Shown here in pieces: positions 52,621 through 64,000 of a stretch of DNA of 64,000 nucleotides (position 1 is the first letter of the stretch; every line of letters starts with the position of its first letter). The notes beneath the pieces are model-generated. The model had not been told where the DNA came from, made no database searches, and worked only from the letters and a program-made list of their open reading frames with translations. The stretch spans positions 13,779,016 through 13,843,015 of the forward strand of contig NC_069002.1 of the NCBI RefSeq assembly GCF_001194135.2, given 5' to 3'. The position numbers were made by a program, and so were the translations under genes. The stretch is from Octopus bimaculoides. Lineage: Eukaryota.

Positions 52621-52700
52621 ATTCTTCCACCGGTTTCAGCACAGCCGTAGTAGTAATATTATTCCGCAGGCGGCCACTAAACAAAGTAACACCAGAAGCT
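52621..52700 (+). promoter_or_regulatory. ZNF-cluster promoter module (copy serving the 57094 gene)
   Basis: ATTCTTCCACC..CACAGCCGT..TTATTCCGC..ACCAGAAGCT aligns without gaps over 50 nt (about 38/50) with the 50.6-kb copy. Donor ttgatat|GTAAGTatta at 52775. Confidence 0.6.
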
Positions 52701-53499
52701 GCATTATTTGTCTTCGTGTATTTTATCTTGTTATGAAAATTTTGACCTATTCCAAGTTCCAACTAGATTGATATGTAAGTATTATGAGAATATTAAATTC
52801 TTAGTTCGATATTTTACTCCAAGCAGAGCATTATCTTAATCTATCCTTCATTTAATGACATAATTGGTGTGATTTTGCTGCTATTTCTCGCAGACCTTAC
52901 CACCCCATTCATTCGTTAGTTTTGCTGTTTTAATTTGAGAATATTCTATTTTACAAATTTTCGAATATTTATTTCGTTATGTCAAGCGAAAATTATAATT
53001 AATTTTTAAAATCATTTTTGAATTTCCGATTCCAATTCATAATGGAATCATGGCGGAATTTTGGAATTGCTCCCCTTCGAAGTCCCAAAACTCAAGAGAA
53101 TGGAAAAGCGTAATTTTTTCTCCTTTCTTCTTTTTTTGTGGAGTGCACGGTTTATAAGCAAGAACATTATTTATATATTGTTTTTCTTTTCCATTTATAA
53201 ATTTATACGCGACAGTTAAAATGAAACCACCGATAATGGAATATGTATAAAAATGACTTGGAAATCTTGGATAATGCCCGAAACATATAAGTGGAAACTG
53301 ATTTTTTGTCTTTTAGCTGTTTTAGTCGTTGGATTGTGGCTGTGCTGGGGCACAACCTTCAAGGGTTTTGTTTACCCTCTGTATATATTTTGGGTACTTA
53401 TTTGGTTCTTATTCTCTTAGTCTGTTTTGTCGAGCTGCTAGATTCTTAGGACGTAAACAAACCAACACTGGTTGTCACATTGTGTTGGGACGTGCCGAT

Positions 53500-54300
53500 C
53501 TCTAATGGTGGAGGGAACCTGTGGAAAAGGAGGACCCAGGAAGACATGGGATGCGGTGGTGAAGCATGATCTTCGAACGTTGGGCCTCATAGAGGCAATG
53601 ACAAATGACCAAGACCTTTGGTGATATACCGTGCTTGCGACGACCCGTCAAACCAAGTGAAATTGTAGTCATCGCTGATACCAGTGTCATATAACTGGCA
53701 CCCATGCTAGTTGCACGTTTGTTTTGTTGTTTGTTTGTTGGCACACCGTCGCTTACGACGTCGAGGGTTCCAGTTGATCCGGTCAATGGAACAGCCTGCT
53801 CATGAAATTAACGTGCAAGTGGCTGAGCACTCCACAGACACGTGTACCCTTAACGTAGTTCTCGGGGATATTCAGCGTGACACAGTGTGACAAGGCTGAC
53901 CCTTTGAATTACAGGCACAACAGAAACAGGAAGTAAGAGTGAGAGAAAGTTGTGGTGAAAGAGTACAGCAGGGTTCGCCACCATCCCCTGCCGGAGCCTC
54001 GTGGAGCTTTTAGGTGTTTTCGCTCAATAAACACTCACAACGCCCGGTCTAGGAATCGAAACCGCAATCCTATGACCGCGAGTCCGCTGCCCTAACCACT
54101 GGGCCATTGCGCCTCCACTAGTTGCACGTGAAAAACACCTTTTGAACTTTGGGCCTCACAGAAGCAGTGACAAGTGATTGAAACCTTTGGCAATATACTG
54201 TGCTTGAGAAAACCTGTCAAGCCAAGTGAGATTGTAGTTGTGCTAAATGCTGGTTTCAAGTAACTGGCATCTGTGCTTGTGGCACGTAGAAAACATCCAC
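53500..54300 (+). mobile_element. RTE-type LINE 3-prime end interrupted by a SINE
   Basis: ggacccaggaagacatgggatgcggtggtgaagcatgatcttcgaac matches the 38.7 and 41.8 kb copies; the sequence resumes after 54129. Confidence 0.7.
53719..54117 (-). mobile_element. SINE family D copy nested in an RTE 3-prime fragment
   Basis: 11-12-bp TSD (C)TAGTTGCACGT at 53707-53718 and 54118-54129. Confidence 0.9.
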
Positions 54301-54838
54301 TACAGTCTTGGAATGGTTAATGCGAGGAAAGGCATCCAACCGTAGAAACCATACCAAACCAGATTCGAACCTGCTGCAGCTCCCCAGCTTACCAGTTTCC
54401 AGTCAAACTGTCCAATCCATGCCAGCATGGAAAACACACGTTAAATGATGATGATGAAGCTTTGGTTGGCCTGGGGCCTATGGTAAATAACACTTGCCTT
54501 GGGAGCTGTGCGGTAGGACTAAACTTGAGACTTTGTGGTTGCAAAGTGAACTTTTATGAATATTGATGTATATCTATCCTGACAAGACAGGAAGGGCATC
54601 TGGAGTAGAAAATCAGCTTCATCAAATTCTGTCTGGTCTATTCATGGATGGAAAAGTGGATGTTAAAATGTTGATGATGATATATGTATGTATATATATA
54701 TATATAGGTAAATGATAGGGTTGCCTCACTACATAACCTCAACCTCCACAATGACTCATTACATAACCTCCACACAATAAAACAACGGCTAACTAGCCCA
54801 ACAGAATTGCTTCTTGTATTTGTTGCTCCATTCTCCAC

Positions 54839-54870
<32 letters not shown>

Positions 54871-55402
54871 GGGTTCAGTCCCACTGCGTGGCACCTTGGG
54901 CAAGTGTCTTCTACTATAGCCTCGGGTCGATCAAAGCCTTGTGAGTGGATTTGGTAGGAAACTGTAAGAAGCCTGTCGTATATATGTATATATGTATATA
55001 TATATGTGTGTTTGTGTGTCTGTGTTTGTCCCCACCAACATTGCTGGTGTGTTTATGTTGCCGTAACTTAGCAGTTCGGCAAAAGAGACTGATAGAATAA
55101 GTACTAGGCTTACAAAGAATAAGTCCTGGGGTCGGTTTGCTCAACTAAAGGCGGTGCTCCAGCATGGCCACAGTCAAATGACTGAAACAAGTAAATGAGT
55201 AAATGAGAGTAAATATATGAATACATGATGAGTTACTACACAATTTCCATCTACCAATTCCGCTCACAAGGTATTGGTTGTCTCAAGGCTATAGAAGATA
55301 CCTGGCCAAGTTGCCACACAGTGGGGTTGAATCTGGGGTGTCTTAGTAGTTTGCAAATCTATAAATTTTACAAAAAGTTATAAAAGGAGTAAAAAATGTT
55401 GA

Positions 55403-55471
55403 TGCTACTTGTGAAATTCGAACCCACATCTTTTGTAAACATGACAGGTGCTCTACCGTTGTACTAAAGCA
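55403..55471 (-). pseudogene. Isolated decayed tRNA-like sequence (tRNA-Thr(TGT)-like)
   Basis: A box TAGTACAACGG, imperfect B box GGTTCGAATTT, gcacctgtca-TGT-ttacaaaag anticodon region and a downstream T6 run. The stems are imperfect. Confidence 0.35.
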
Positions 55472-56127
55472 ATACTTTTACATAAGGTTATATGTTACTT
55501 ATATTACAAATGAAAAAGTAAAATTTAGTTGATCAGATAAAGAATTTATCTACATTTTACAGTATGAAAATATAAAATTTCCACTGTTGAATCTCTGCAT
55601 TTGAAGTAAATTTGATATGTTGTATTGTTTTTTTTTCTATTATTTCATAATATTAAAGTGAAATAATATTGGTTTCAAATTTTGGCACAAGGCCAGCAAT
55701 TTTGAGAGACAGGGTAAGTCAATTACACCGACACCAGTGTATAACTGGTACTTATTTTATTAACCCCTGAAAGGATGGAAGGCAAAGTCAACCTCAGCAG
55801 AATTTGAACTCCCAATGTAAAGACAGATGAAATGTTGCTAAGCATTTTGTTTAGCATGCTAATGATTCTGCCAGCTCCATTGCCTTAAGCTGAAATAATA
55901 TTAAGGTAGCAAGCTGGTAAAATAGTTGGCAGACAATATGTTTAGTGGTACTTCTTCCAGCTTTGCATTCTGAGATCAGATGCCACCAAAATTGACTTTA
56001 CCTTTCAGTCTTGATAAAATAAGTGTGGCACCAACACTGGCAGGGTCACCAAGTAATTTGCAAGACAAAGATTCTTTGAGAGGAGAGGTGATCTTGTGTC
56101 AGATGATGAATCTATGAAATTTTATGT

Positions 56128-56343
56128 TCAGGATGTCCATAAATTACCTAAACCGGACTGCATCTTCTAATTCACTGGTTTGGGAAAGTTTCATCAAGAA
56201 ACTCTCAAACACTCAACCCCCTAATGGGCAATGCACCATCTTCATAGAAAATAACTTTTGGTTGCAAGTGGTACAACTTCAGTTGCAAAAATGTCTTTTT
56301 ATGAATTTCTCAAATTGTCAAATGAATTTTTGAACACCCTGTA
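56128..56343. mobile_element. Tc1/mariner-like MITE
   Basis: Ends caggatgtcca.../...tgaacaccctgta (TACAGGGTGT-type TIR). A second, right-truncated copy lies at 59213-59409. Confidence 0.6.
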
Positions 56344-56958
56344 TATTCTGGTTTGAAAGATACTTTGTAAATATCTCATAAAGGAACTAATTCTCTTGCT
56401 TGGAAGATTTATTTAATAATACTATCATTTCTTTTATAACCTCACTCTATTGAATTTTGATGGTTCTTCCCCTCTGTTATGCAAAATCTCACAGAGCACT
56501 GGGGTTGATGAATTCGACTAACCTCCTCTCAAATTTCAGGTCTTGTGCCTAGAATTATTTCAGAATATTTGAAAATAGTCTAAAAGAATTTTTTAAATTT
56601 TTATTTCAGATACATCATCATCTTTCAAAGATCAACAAAAGAGATTATGAAGAACACGTACCACTTTATTAATCTGTGAAATTAACAGCAGATTTTCTGT
56701 TTCACTCTGTGGAATGTGTCCACTATGATTCTTGCATTTGGACAAATTTACCATTAAGATATAATTGTTTTCCCTGCCATAATTTCAAAAAACCTGGATA
56801 TGTTTTGAAAAATATATTTATTTTTAGCTCTATTTCACTTGTTGGTTTCTTACCATATGATAAGACAGTTTCCATCATTATAAACTATCTTGGCGTAGTT
56901 ATTTCAGAAATGATTGTATTCTACTAAAATCATCTTGCGATCTTCGCAACATCTTTAA

Positions 56959-57738
<780 letters not shown>

Positions 57739-59212
57739 GAACCATATCGTTGTAATAATTGGTTAATCATTCTTTCAAGACAAAAATGTGTTCTTGGGGA
57801 ATAAAAGCTTCATCATTGCAGAGTCTGCTAAATCATTCACACAAAATACTGTCAGAATAGTTTTAATACAAGCGAATAACCCTATAATAGTGATAAAGGG
57901 TAAAAGACCCCCTTCTGTCAAGAATGACCATGGGATTGCACCTAGAAAGTTGCCCTCTGAGGTACAAGTCTGGGCAAGGTTGTTTTATGGAAGACCAGCA
58001 GTCACCCATGCATACCATCCTCTCCTCTCCATACCACTGATGTTATCCAAGGGAAAGGTAATGGTCGATACAGCTTGGCACCAGTGACATCACAACTTAT
58101 TTCTACAGCCGAGTGAACTGGAGCAACGTGAAAATAAAGTGTTTTGCTCAAGAACACAACACAGCCTGGTCCAGGAATTGAACTTGCTACCTCATGATTG
58201 TGAGCCTGATGCTCGTAATTGTGGGACAGCGATTTCTGAGTATTATATATTTTATATAACCACATCTGCAGCTGTGGTGGTACATTAATTTATTACTGTG
58301 ATACTTTTAATGATAACATTCTTTCAGAATACTCATATACATACATTATTGATTTACCTGATATTGTGGGTAAATAATTGAGAAATATATTCTTTATCCC
58401 TTTAGCATTTAAACTGGTTATTAGCCAGTCCAAATATTCTCCCTGTTTTATGTTCAAAATGGCAAGATCCAGCTTCTGGTGCCTACCCTACAATGTCATT
58501 CTAAAAATAATCACTTCATTGAAATCTCAAAGTTGCAAGATAATGCATGATTAATTCAAAACCATTAAGCAATGTGAATAAACAAGCATTACACATGACA
58601 GAGTGAAGGCGTATGGCTTAGTGGTCAGGATATTTGGTTCACAATAGTAAGGTCATGAGTTCGATTCCTGGCGACACGTATGCTTTATCTCATGTTGCTC
58701 CAGTTCACTCAGCTGGCACAAAAATGAGTAGTACCTGTATTTCAAAGGGCCAGCCTTGTTACTCTCTGTCATATTGGATCTCCCTGAGAACTACGTTATG
58801 GGTACATATATCTGTGGAGTGCTCAGCCACATGCACGTTAATTTTATGAGCAAGCTGTTCTGTTGATCGGATCAACTGGAACACTTGACAGAGTAGTCTG
58901 TATGATAAAAGATTTAAAGATCAGGAATAACATCACTACTACAGTTATTATGCTACAAATAAGAAAAAAAAAATTCTTGGGGTGTTTGGATGGGCAACTT
59001 GTTATCACCTTGATACTTTGGTTGATGGAATTAGTTCAATGCTGGATACTCCTCATGGTGCACTTTTCAAGTTTATCCAGTATGTAACTTATTCAACCCA
59101 CCCAAAGTATCAACATGAGAGTTGGATAATAGACTGCCTATCCTTGATACCAAAACTATATAGAAAAGATAATTCATTGAACCATTATAGAATATATCTA
59201 TGAGATTTTATG

Positions 59213-59409
59213 TACAGGATGTCCATAAATTATCTAAACTGGACTGCCTCTTCTAATCCACTGGTTTGGGCAAGTTTTGTCAAGAAACTCAAACACTCAA
59301 CCCCTAATGGGCAGTGCACCATCTTCATAGAAAATAACTTATAGCTGCAAGTGGTGCAACTGCAGTAGAAAAAATGTCTTTTTATGAATTTCTCAAATTG
59401 TCAAATGAA
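59213..59409. mobile_element. Tc1/mariner-like MITE, copy 2 (direct orientation, truncated)
   Basis: Colinear and highly similar to 56128-56325. Confidence 0.6.
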
Positions 59410-60853
59410 CCACTGGTCTTATTCTCCCATCGCTTGTTATCTCCTCTGTGCAGCCCAGAATTTTGATGTCTGACATTAACATTATTTTGTGAATTTTCTT
59501 AATAAACTGAAAAATCTAAATAAACTTTGTTTACTCTAATTCTTTATGATGCATAGCTGTGTGGTTAAGAAGTTTGATTTGGAACTTTGGGACCATGTAG
59601 TTAGGGGTTCAATCCCAGTGCATGGATGGACTTTCAGCTAGTGTCCTGCACATTTCTGCAAGTCAACAAATACCTTGTAAGTGAAACTGGAAGAACGATG
59701 CTGAGAAGATTATTTGTGTATGCATACATATATATTCATTAACATCATTTAATGTCCATTGTCCATGCTGGCATGCGTTGAACAGTTTGACCAGATCTGG
59801 TAAACTCCACCAGACTGCAGTCTGATTTGGCATGGCTTTTATGACTGGATGCCTTTCCTAATGCCAACCACTTTATAGAGTGTGCTGGGTACTTTTACGT
59901 GACACCAGATGGTGACACCAGTTCGATTCCAGGCAGTGGTAAGAAAAAGAAGAAGAAGAAGGGGCGACGACAACTGCAGTCAGATAGCTGCAACCAGTAA
60001 AAGAATATATTACATAAGCTTCACAATTAATCTAAAAGTTGCTGGCTAACGTTTTGTGAACATCGTTTTGTATGTGTGGATAACAGGAAGCAGTGTTGAT
60101 AGTTGTTAGATACAAGATAGGTCCTGGGAGAGAGAGAGAGAGAGCTGAACTTAGCAAGAAGCGAGTTCTGTCTTGTGTCTTCTGTGTAGAAGTGGATTTA
60201 AAACAGACAACAAATATGTAGGCTTTAACCATGGGATTACCGCTTACAAAATGATGCCAGCTGCCACCTCTTGCAACTGTAACTCCTGCACAGAAGTGGT
60301 TCTGTGCTTCTAAACCTTCTCTAAAGGCGTCATCTACATTAAGATCACCTCATACCCCCATCTTACTTTTCAGCATCATGCAAATAACATCCTCAAAATA
60401 TTTTTTTATACCAGACCACACAATTTTTAATAATAACAGCAGGAATATTGTAAATATTCAGTTTTCTACATCGGTGAGACCTGCCCTACAATACTTCTAA
60501 TTCAAAAGTTTCACACCATATTTTAACATTTCAAAATTTGTTTCATTTTTTTTTTAATATTATTAATTGTAACAAAGACATTTTTTCCATTTATCAGAAC
60601 ATCTTATTGATTATTATCCTGATAGAAATTTTGAAAGATTTAAAATTTAACCTCCTCCCACCACGTATGTGTGTGTGTAAAGGGAGAATGCTGGCCTGCT
60701 TGCTTAGCTAGTTGGGTGGCATCATTTGCAAGCTAAAACAATGCAAAGTGCATTGTGACCAGTGATGTATAACATTATATATATATATTTCCCTATGAAT
60801 ATTTTCACGATAACTACTTGATAAATTCTTATATAAGAGTTTATCCTATTATT

Positions 60854-60901
<48 letters not shown>

Positions 60902-61096
60902 AGTAAAAATAAATACAAAAGAGGTGGTTTTTTTTGTATGATTGTGTATAGAGGAATATATTATTTTGTTTAAAAGAGTTCCAACACTGTCTGTTTTTTA
61001 TGTTTTATTTATATTCCTGCAGAACCAATGTGGGGTATAGAATATGGAATATACAATATATAATATAATATACAATATATAATATAAATATATAAA

Positions 61097-61137
61097 GGCG
61101 ACTCGAGTTTCAGGGCTATTTCCCTTCGTCATGGCCG
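61097..61137 (-). ncRNA. Decayed minimal hammerhead-like motif with palindromic stem III
   Basis: ggcc-ATGACGA-aggg(aaatag)ccct-GAAA-CTCGAG-TC-gcc; C3 is changed to A and stem I is imperfect. Confidence 0.4.
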
Positions 61138-61155
61138 GTATGACAGACTTTAACA

Positions 61156-61190
<35 letters not shown>

Positions 61191-61214
61191 GTGTGTGTGT
61201 GTGTGTGTGTAATC

Positions 61215-61505
61215 TGTGAAGGCGCATAGCTCGGTGGTTAGAGAGTTGGGATTACGGATCGGGCTGTGTGTTATGTTCTTGAGCAAGACACTTTATTTCA
61301 CGTTGCTCCAGTTCACTCAGCTGAAGAAATGAGTTGCAACGTCACTGGTGCCAAGCTGTATCGGTCTTTGCTTTTGCCTTAGATAACATCGGTAGCATGG
61401 AGAGGGGGAGGCTGGTATGAATAGGCGACTGCTGGTCTTCCATAAACAACCTTGGCCGGACTTGTGCCTTGGAGGGTAATTTTCTAGGTGCAATCACATG
61501 GTAAT
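61215..61505 (+). mobile_element. tRNA-derived SINE (family E: cttgagcaagacactttatttcacgttgctccagttcactcagctg)
   Basis: A reverse-orientation copy lies at about 57920-58230. Confidence 0.7.
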
Positions 61506-62453
61506 TCTTACTTGTGGCTCAACCCCGGGGAAAAGTATTCTTTCGTGGAAAACTAACAGTTCACCATGAATGCAAGTGTCTCCTCCCCAAACCACAGATG
61601 TTTTTCAGGGGTCAATATAGCTTGGCAATACTGACCCCTATATTGACCAATATAGCGTGTCGTTCTAGACTTTGGTGTGAAAGGGCAAAGGGCGGGCATC
61701 TGTGTTGTCCGCTGCTCTAACATTTCCGGCCTGGATTGGTTATTGTCTTTTATCAAAATCCGATAGGATGAAAGGCAAGGTTGGTCTTGATGGGATTGTG
61801 GGAACATACTTCGAGACGTTCTATGAAACGTTCTAACCACTCTACCAACACGTCAACAAAATCCACACGAACTGAATGTAAGGGACGTGACTCTTTCTTA
61901 AAGTAATAAATAAGGGATATAATTCTAAATTTAAATTACTGACAAGGCAAAAAATGTGGTTTTTGTTGTAGTTGTTTGAAAGAGACGTGATTGCAGTTTC
62001 TCTCCTTGTAGAACAACATCAAAGAGAATCCTTTAAAGGGTTTACGCTTTTCTAAACGTTGTTTTTGTATAGTTTTTAATTATTATGGCATACCGGTAGT
62101 TAGCTGAAAGACGAAGTGTGATCTACAGAACTAATTTCCTGTCCTGACTCACCTTATTGTAGTCCACCATTGGATTTGCAGTTTTGGACCAAGAAAGAAA
62201 ATGCCTCTATGTAGTTTCTCGATCTCTAAGAAACTGTAGCTAAATCTCCCTCAATTACTATCCTACAATGTCTTGAAAATGGTTAAATGGACAGGACAAT
62301 TGGATTTTGATAAATTTCTTCCAACCGCTTGAAGTATTTCACCATATTATATAAAAATATGGTTTTGATGTAGTTTTGTATACGAATGAAAAGAATCGCA
62401 TTAATTTTTCTAGAAATTAATAAATAAAGAAGTTACAAGCACTTAAATTATGT

Positions 62454-62525
62454 AATTAGTTCGTTGGGATACGAAATGTAAGGGCTAGTACTAGCCCTTA
62501 CATTTCGTATCCCAACGAACTAATT
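62454..62525. repeat. Perfect 72-bp spacerless palindrome
   Basis: All 36 base pairs checked: AATTAGTTCGTTGGGATACGAAATGTAAGGGCTAGT|ACTAGCCCTTACATTTCGTATCCCAACGAACTAATT. Confidence 0.97.
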
Positions 62526-63159
62526 TGCTTTTCTTTTGACATCTGACAATTCCGCTTCTCTTTCTACAAAACTTCTTTTTACTCATTTACTTGATACCTT
62601 CTGACATTTACCACGGGCACTCTATGTGGTAACTTGAACTGCTTGAAATAGCAGCCAAATCAGTCCTTTTTAAGCCTACCCCTTTTCTGTGGTCATGGTA
62701 GATATTTAGAACTTCTTCACCACACAGCAATTCCGATTTTACTTCTTGCTCATATAACGTGTGCTATTATCTATCTTCTCCTTGAATAAAACCCATAAAC
62801 TTTAAATCTTTCTTGAGAGAGAGAGAGAGAGAGAGAGAGAGTAAAATATAGATATACTGATATTACAGAGACGTGACATTTCGTCTGTCTTTACATTCTG
62901 AGTTCAAATTCTGCCGAGGTCAACTTTGTCGGTGATTCTTACGGGGGTCGATAAAATAAGTATCAATTGAGCAGTGGGGTCAACTTACCCAGTCTTCCGG
63001 AATTTCTGGCCTTGTGCCAAAACTTGTAATCAATATTACAGAGACAGATTAAAAAAAAGTTCTTTCTTTCTTTCTCTCTCCCACCCTATGCTTCTTTCTG
63101 TTTCGGAAATTTGAAAATTTGTTGTTTTGAAGCTGATGATGATGGTATAGATGAAATAG

Positions 63160-63398
63160 ATGAAATTTGAGGCGGTGAGCTGGCAGAAACGTTAGCACAA
63201 CAAGCGAAATGCTTAGCGGTATTTCGTCTGCCGTTACGTTCTGAGTTCAAATTCCGCCGAGGTCGACTTTGCCTTTCATCCTTTCGGGGTCGATAAATTA
63301 AGTACCAGTTACGCACTGGGGTCGATGTAATCGACTTAACCCCTTTGTTTGTCCCCTCTATGTTTAGCCTCTTGAGGGTAATAAAGAAATTGGTGATA
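63160..63398 (+). mobile_element. tRNA-like SINE (family B: GGCGGTGAGCTGGCAGAA...GCCTTTCATCCTTTCGGGGTCGATAAA), near full length
   Basis: 15-bp TSD GTATAGATGAAATAG at 63145-63159 and 63399-63413. Many partial copies, e.g. 7905-8090, 17300-18330, 19120-19270, 21220-21430, 21840-21990, 29390-29580, 39600-39780, 55670-55890. Confidence 0.85.
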
Positions 63399-64000
63399 GT
63401 ATAGATGAAATAGCAGCCAAACATCTCTGAAAGCACATCATATTCTCTTAAAATGCATAGCATTACTTTTATCTTCTAATTTTCTCCGTCGTTTTTTTTA
63501 TAGTGTCTTGATGTAAGCGCAGTGTGCTCGAATGGTTAAAAAGTTCTCTTTGCAATCACAATGTTGCGGGTTCGATCCCACTGTATGGTACCTCGGGTAA
63601 ATGTAATTTTCTATAACCTGGGCTGACACATACCTTCTAAGTGATATTGGTTCGATAGGAATAGCACAGAAATCCGTCGGGTGGATTATATTCGTAATTC
63701 AAAATGTAGAGCTTTGTCAGGCACACTGTGTCACGCTGATTCTGCTTGTGAAATATATAAATATATAAAAAGTTCATGTATCTGTGGAAAACTCACACAT
63801 TAATTCAAGAGCAGGTATTTCACTCGATTGAGCAAATGAATCTTCATCGTTGAACGACGGAGATCCTCCACCATATTTTCTCCTCGAATTTCTTCCCATT
63901 TGGAGTGTTTTATACTATTTTTATTCTTTTGTACAATCTATCAACAATCTTCTAGAGTCACCTCCCTTAGCCAACCTTATTCTCTAGAATTACCTCCCTT

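Noticed and set aside
62153-62238. Possible minus-strand exon ending in a GTGAGT donor
   Set aside because: The acceptor side overlaps a dispersed repeat, the peptide is unrecognised and no partner exons were found.

Overview
AT-rich, repeat-dense animal genomic DNA that looks like Octopus. The organism call is an inference from the tRNA-derived SINE families, the microsatellite load and the [17 protein letters not shown]-type zinc-finger arrays. Genes: (1) a complete three-exon ZNF593/Bud20 orthologue on the minus strand (11428-4733, 133 aa); (2) an unrecognised 292-aa single-exon ORF (15711-14833, minus); (3) a C2H2 zinc-finger cluster at 27-58 kb with four intact single-coding-exon genes (ATG at 30850 +, 40777 -, 48217 -, 57094 +) and two pseudogenes (36376 +, 46943 -). 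Each intact ZNF gene has a homologous CpG-containing promoter-like module 2.4-4.4 kb upstream, a shared donor TTGAT(A/T)Y|GTAAGTA and a shared acceptor TTATTTCAG|AA, which suggests the duplicated unit is promoter + non-coding exon + intron + coding exon. Most remaining sequence is mobile DNA: several SINE families (some with clear TSDs), RTE-LINE 3-prime fragments, an internally deleted Gypsy element with two diverged LTR-like repeats, and piggyBac-, mariner- and Tc1-like MITEs. There are also several minimal type-I hammerhead-ribozyme-like motifs of the Penelope type, one inside a tRNA-headed element, a perfect 72-bp palindrome at 62454-62525 and one 130-N assembly gap (27269-27398). No CRISPR array or rRNA was seen. 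All alignments were done by eye; no database search was run.
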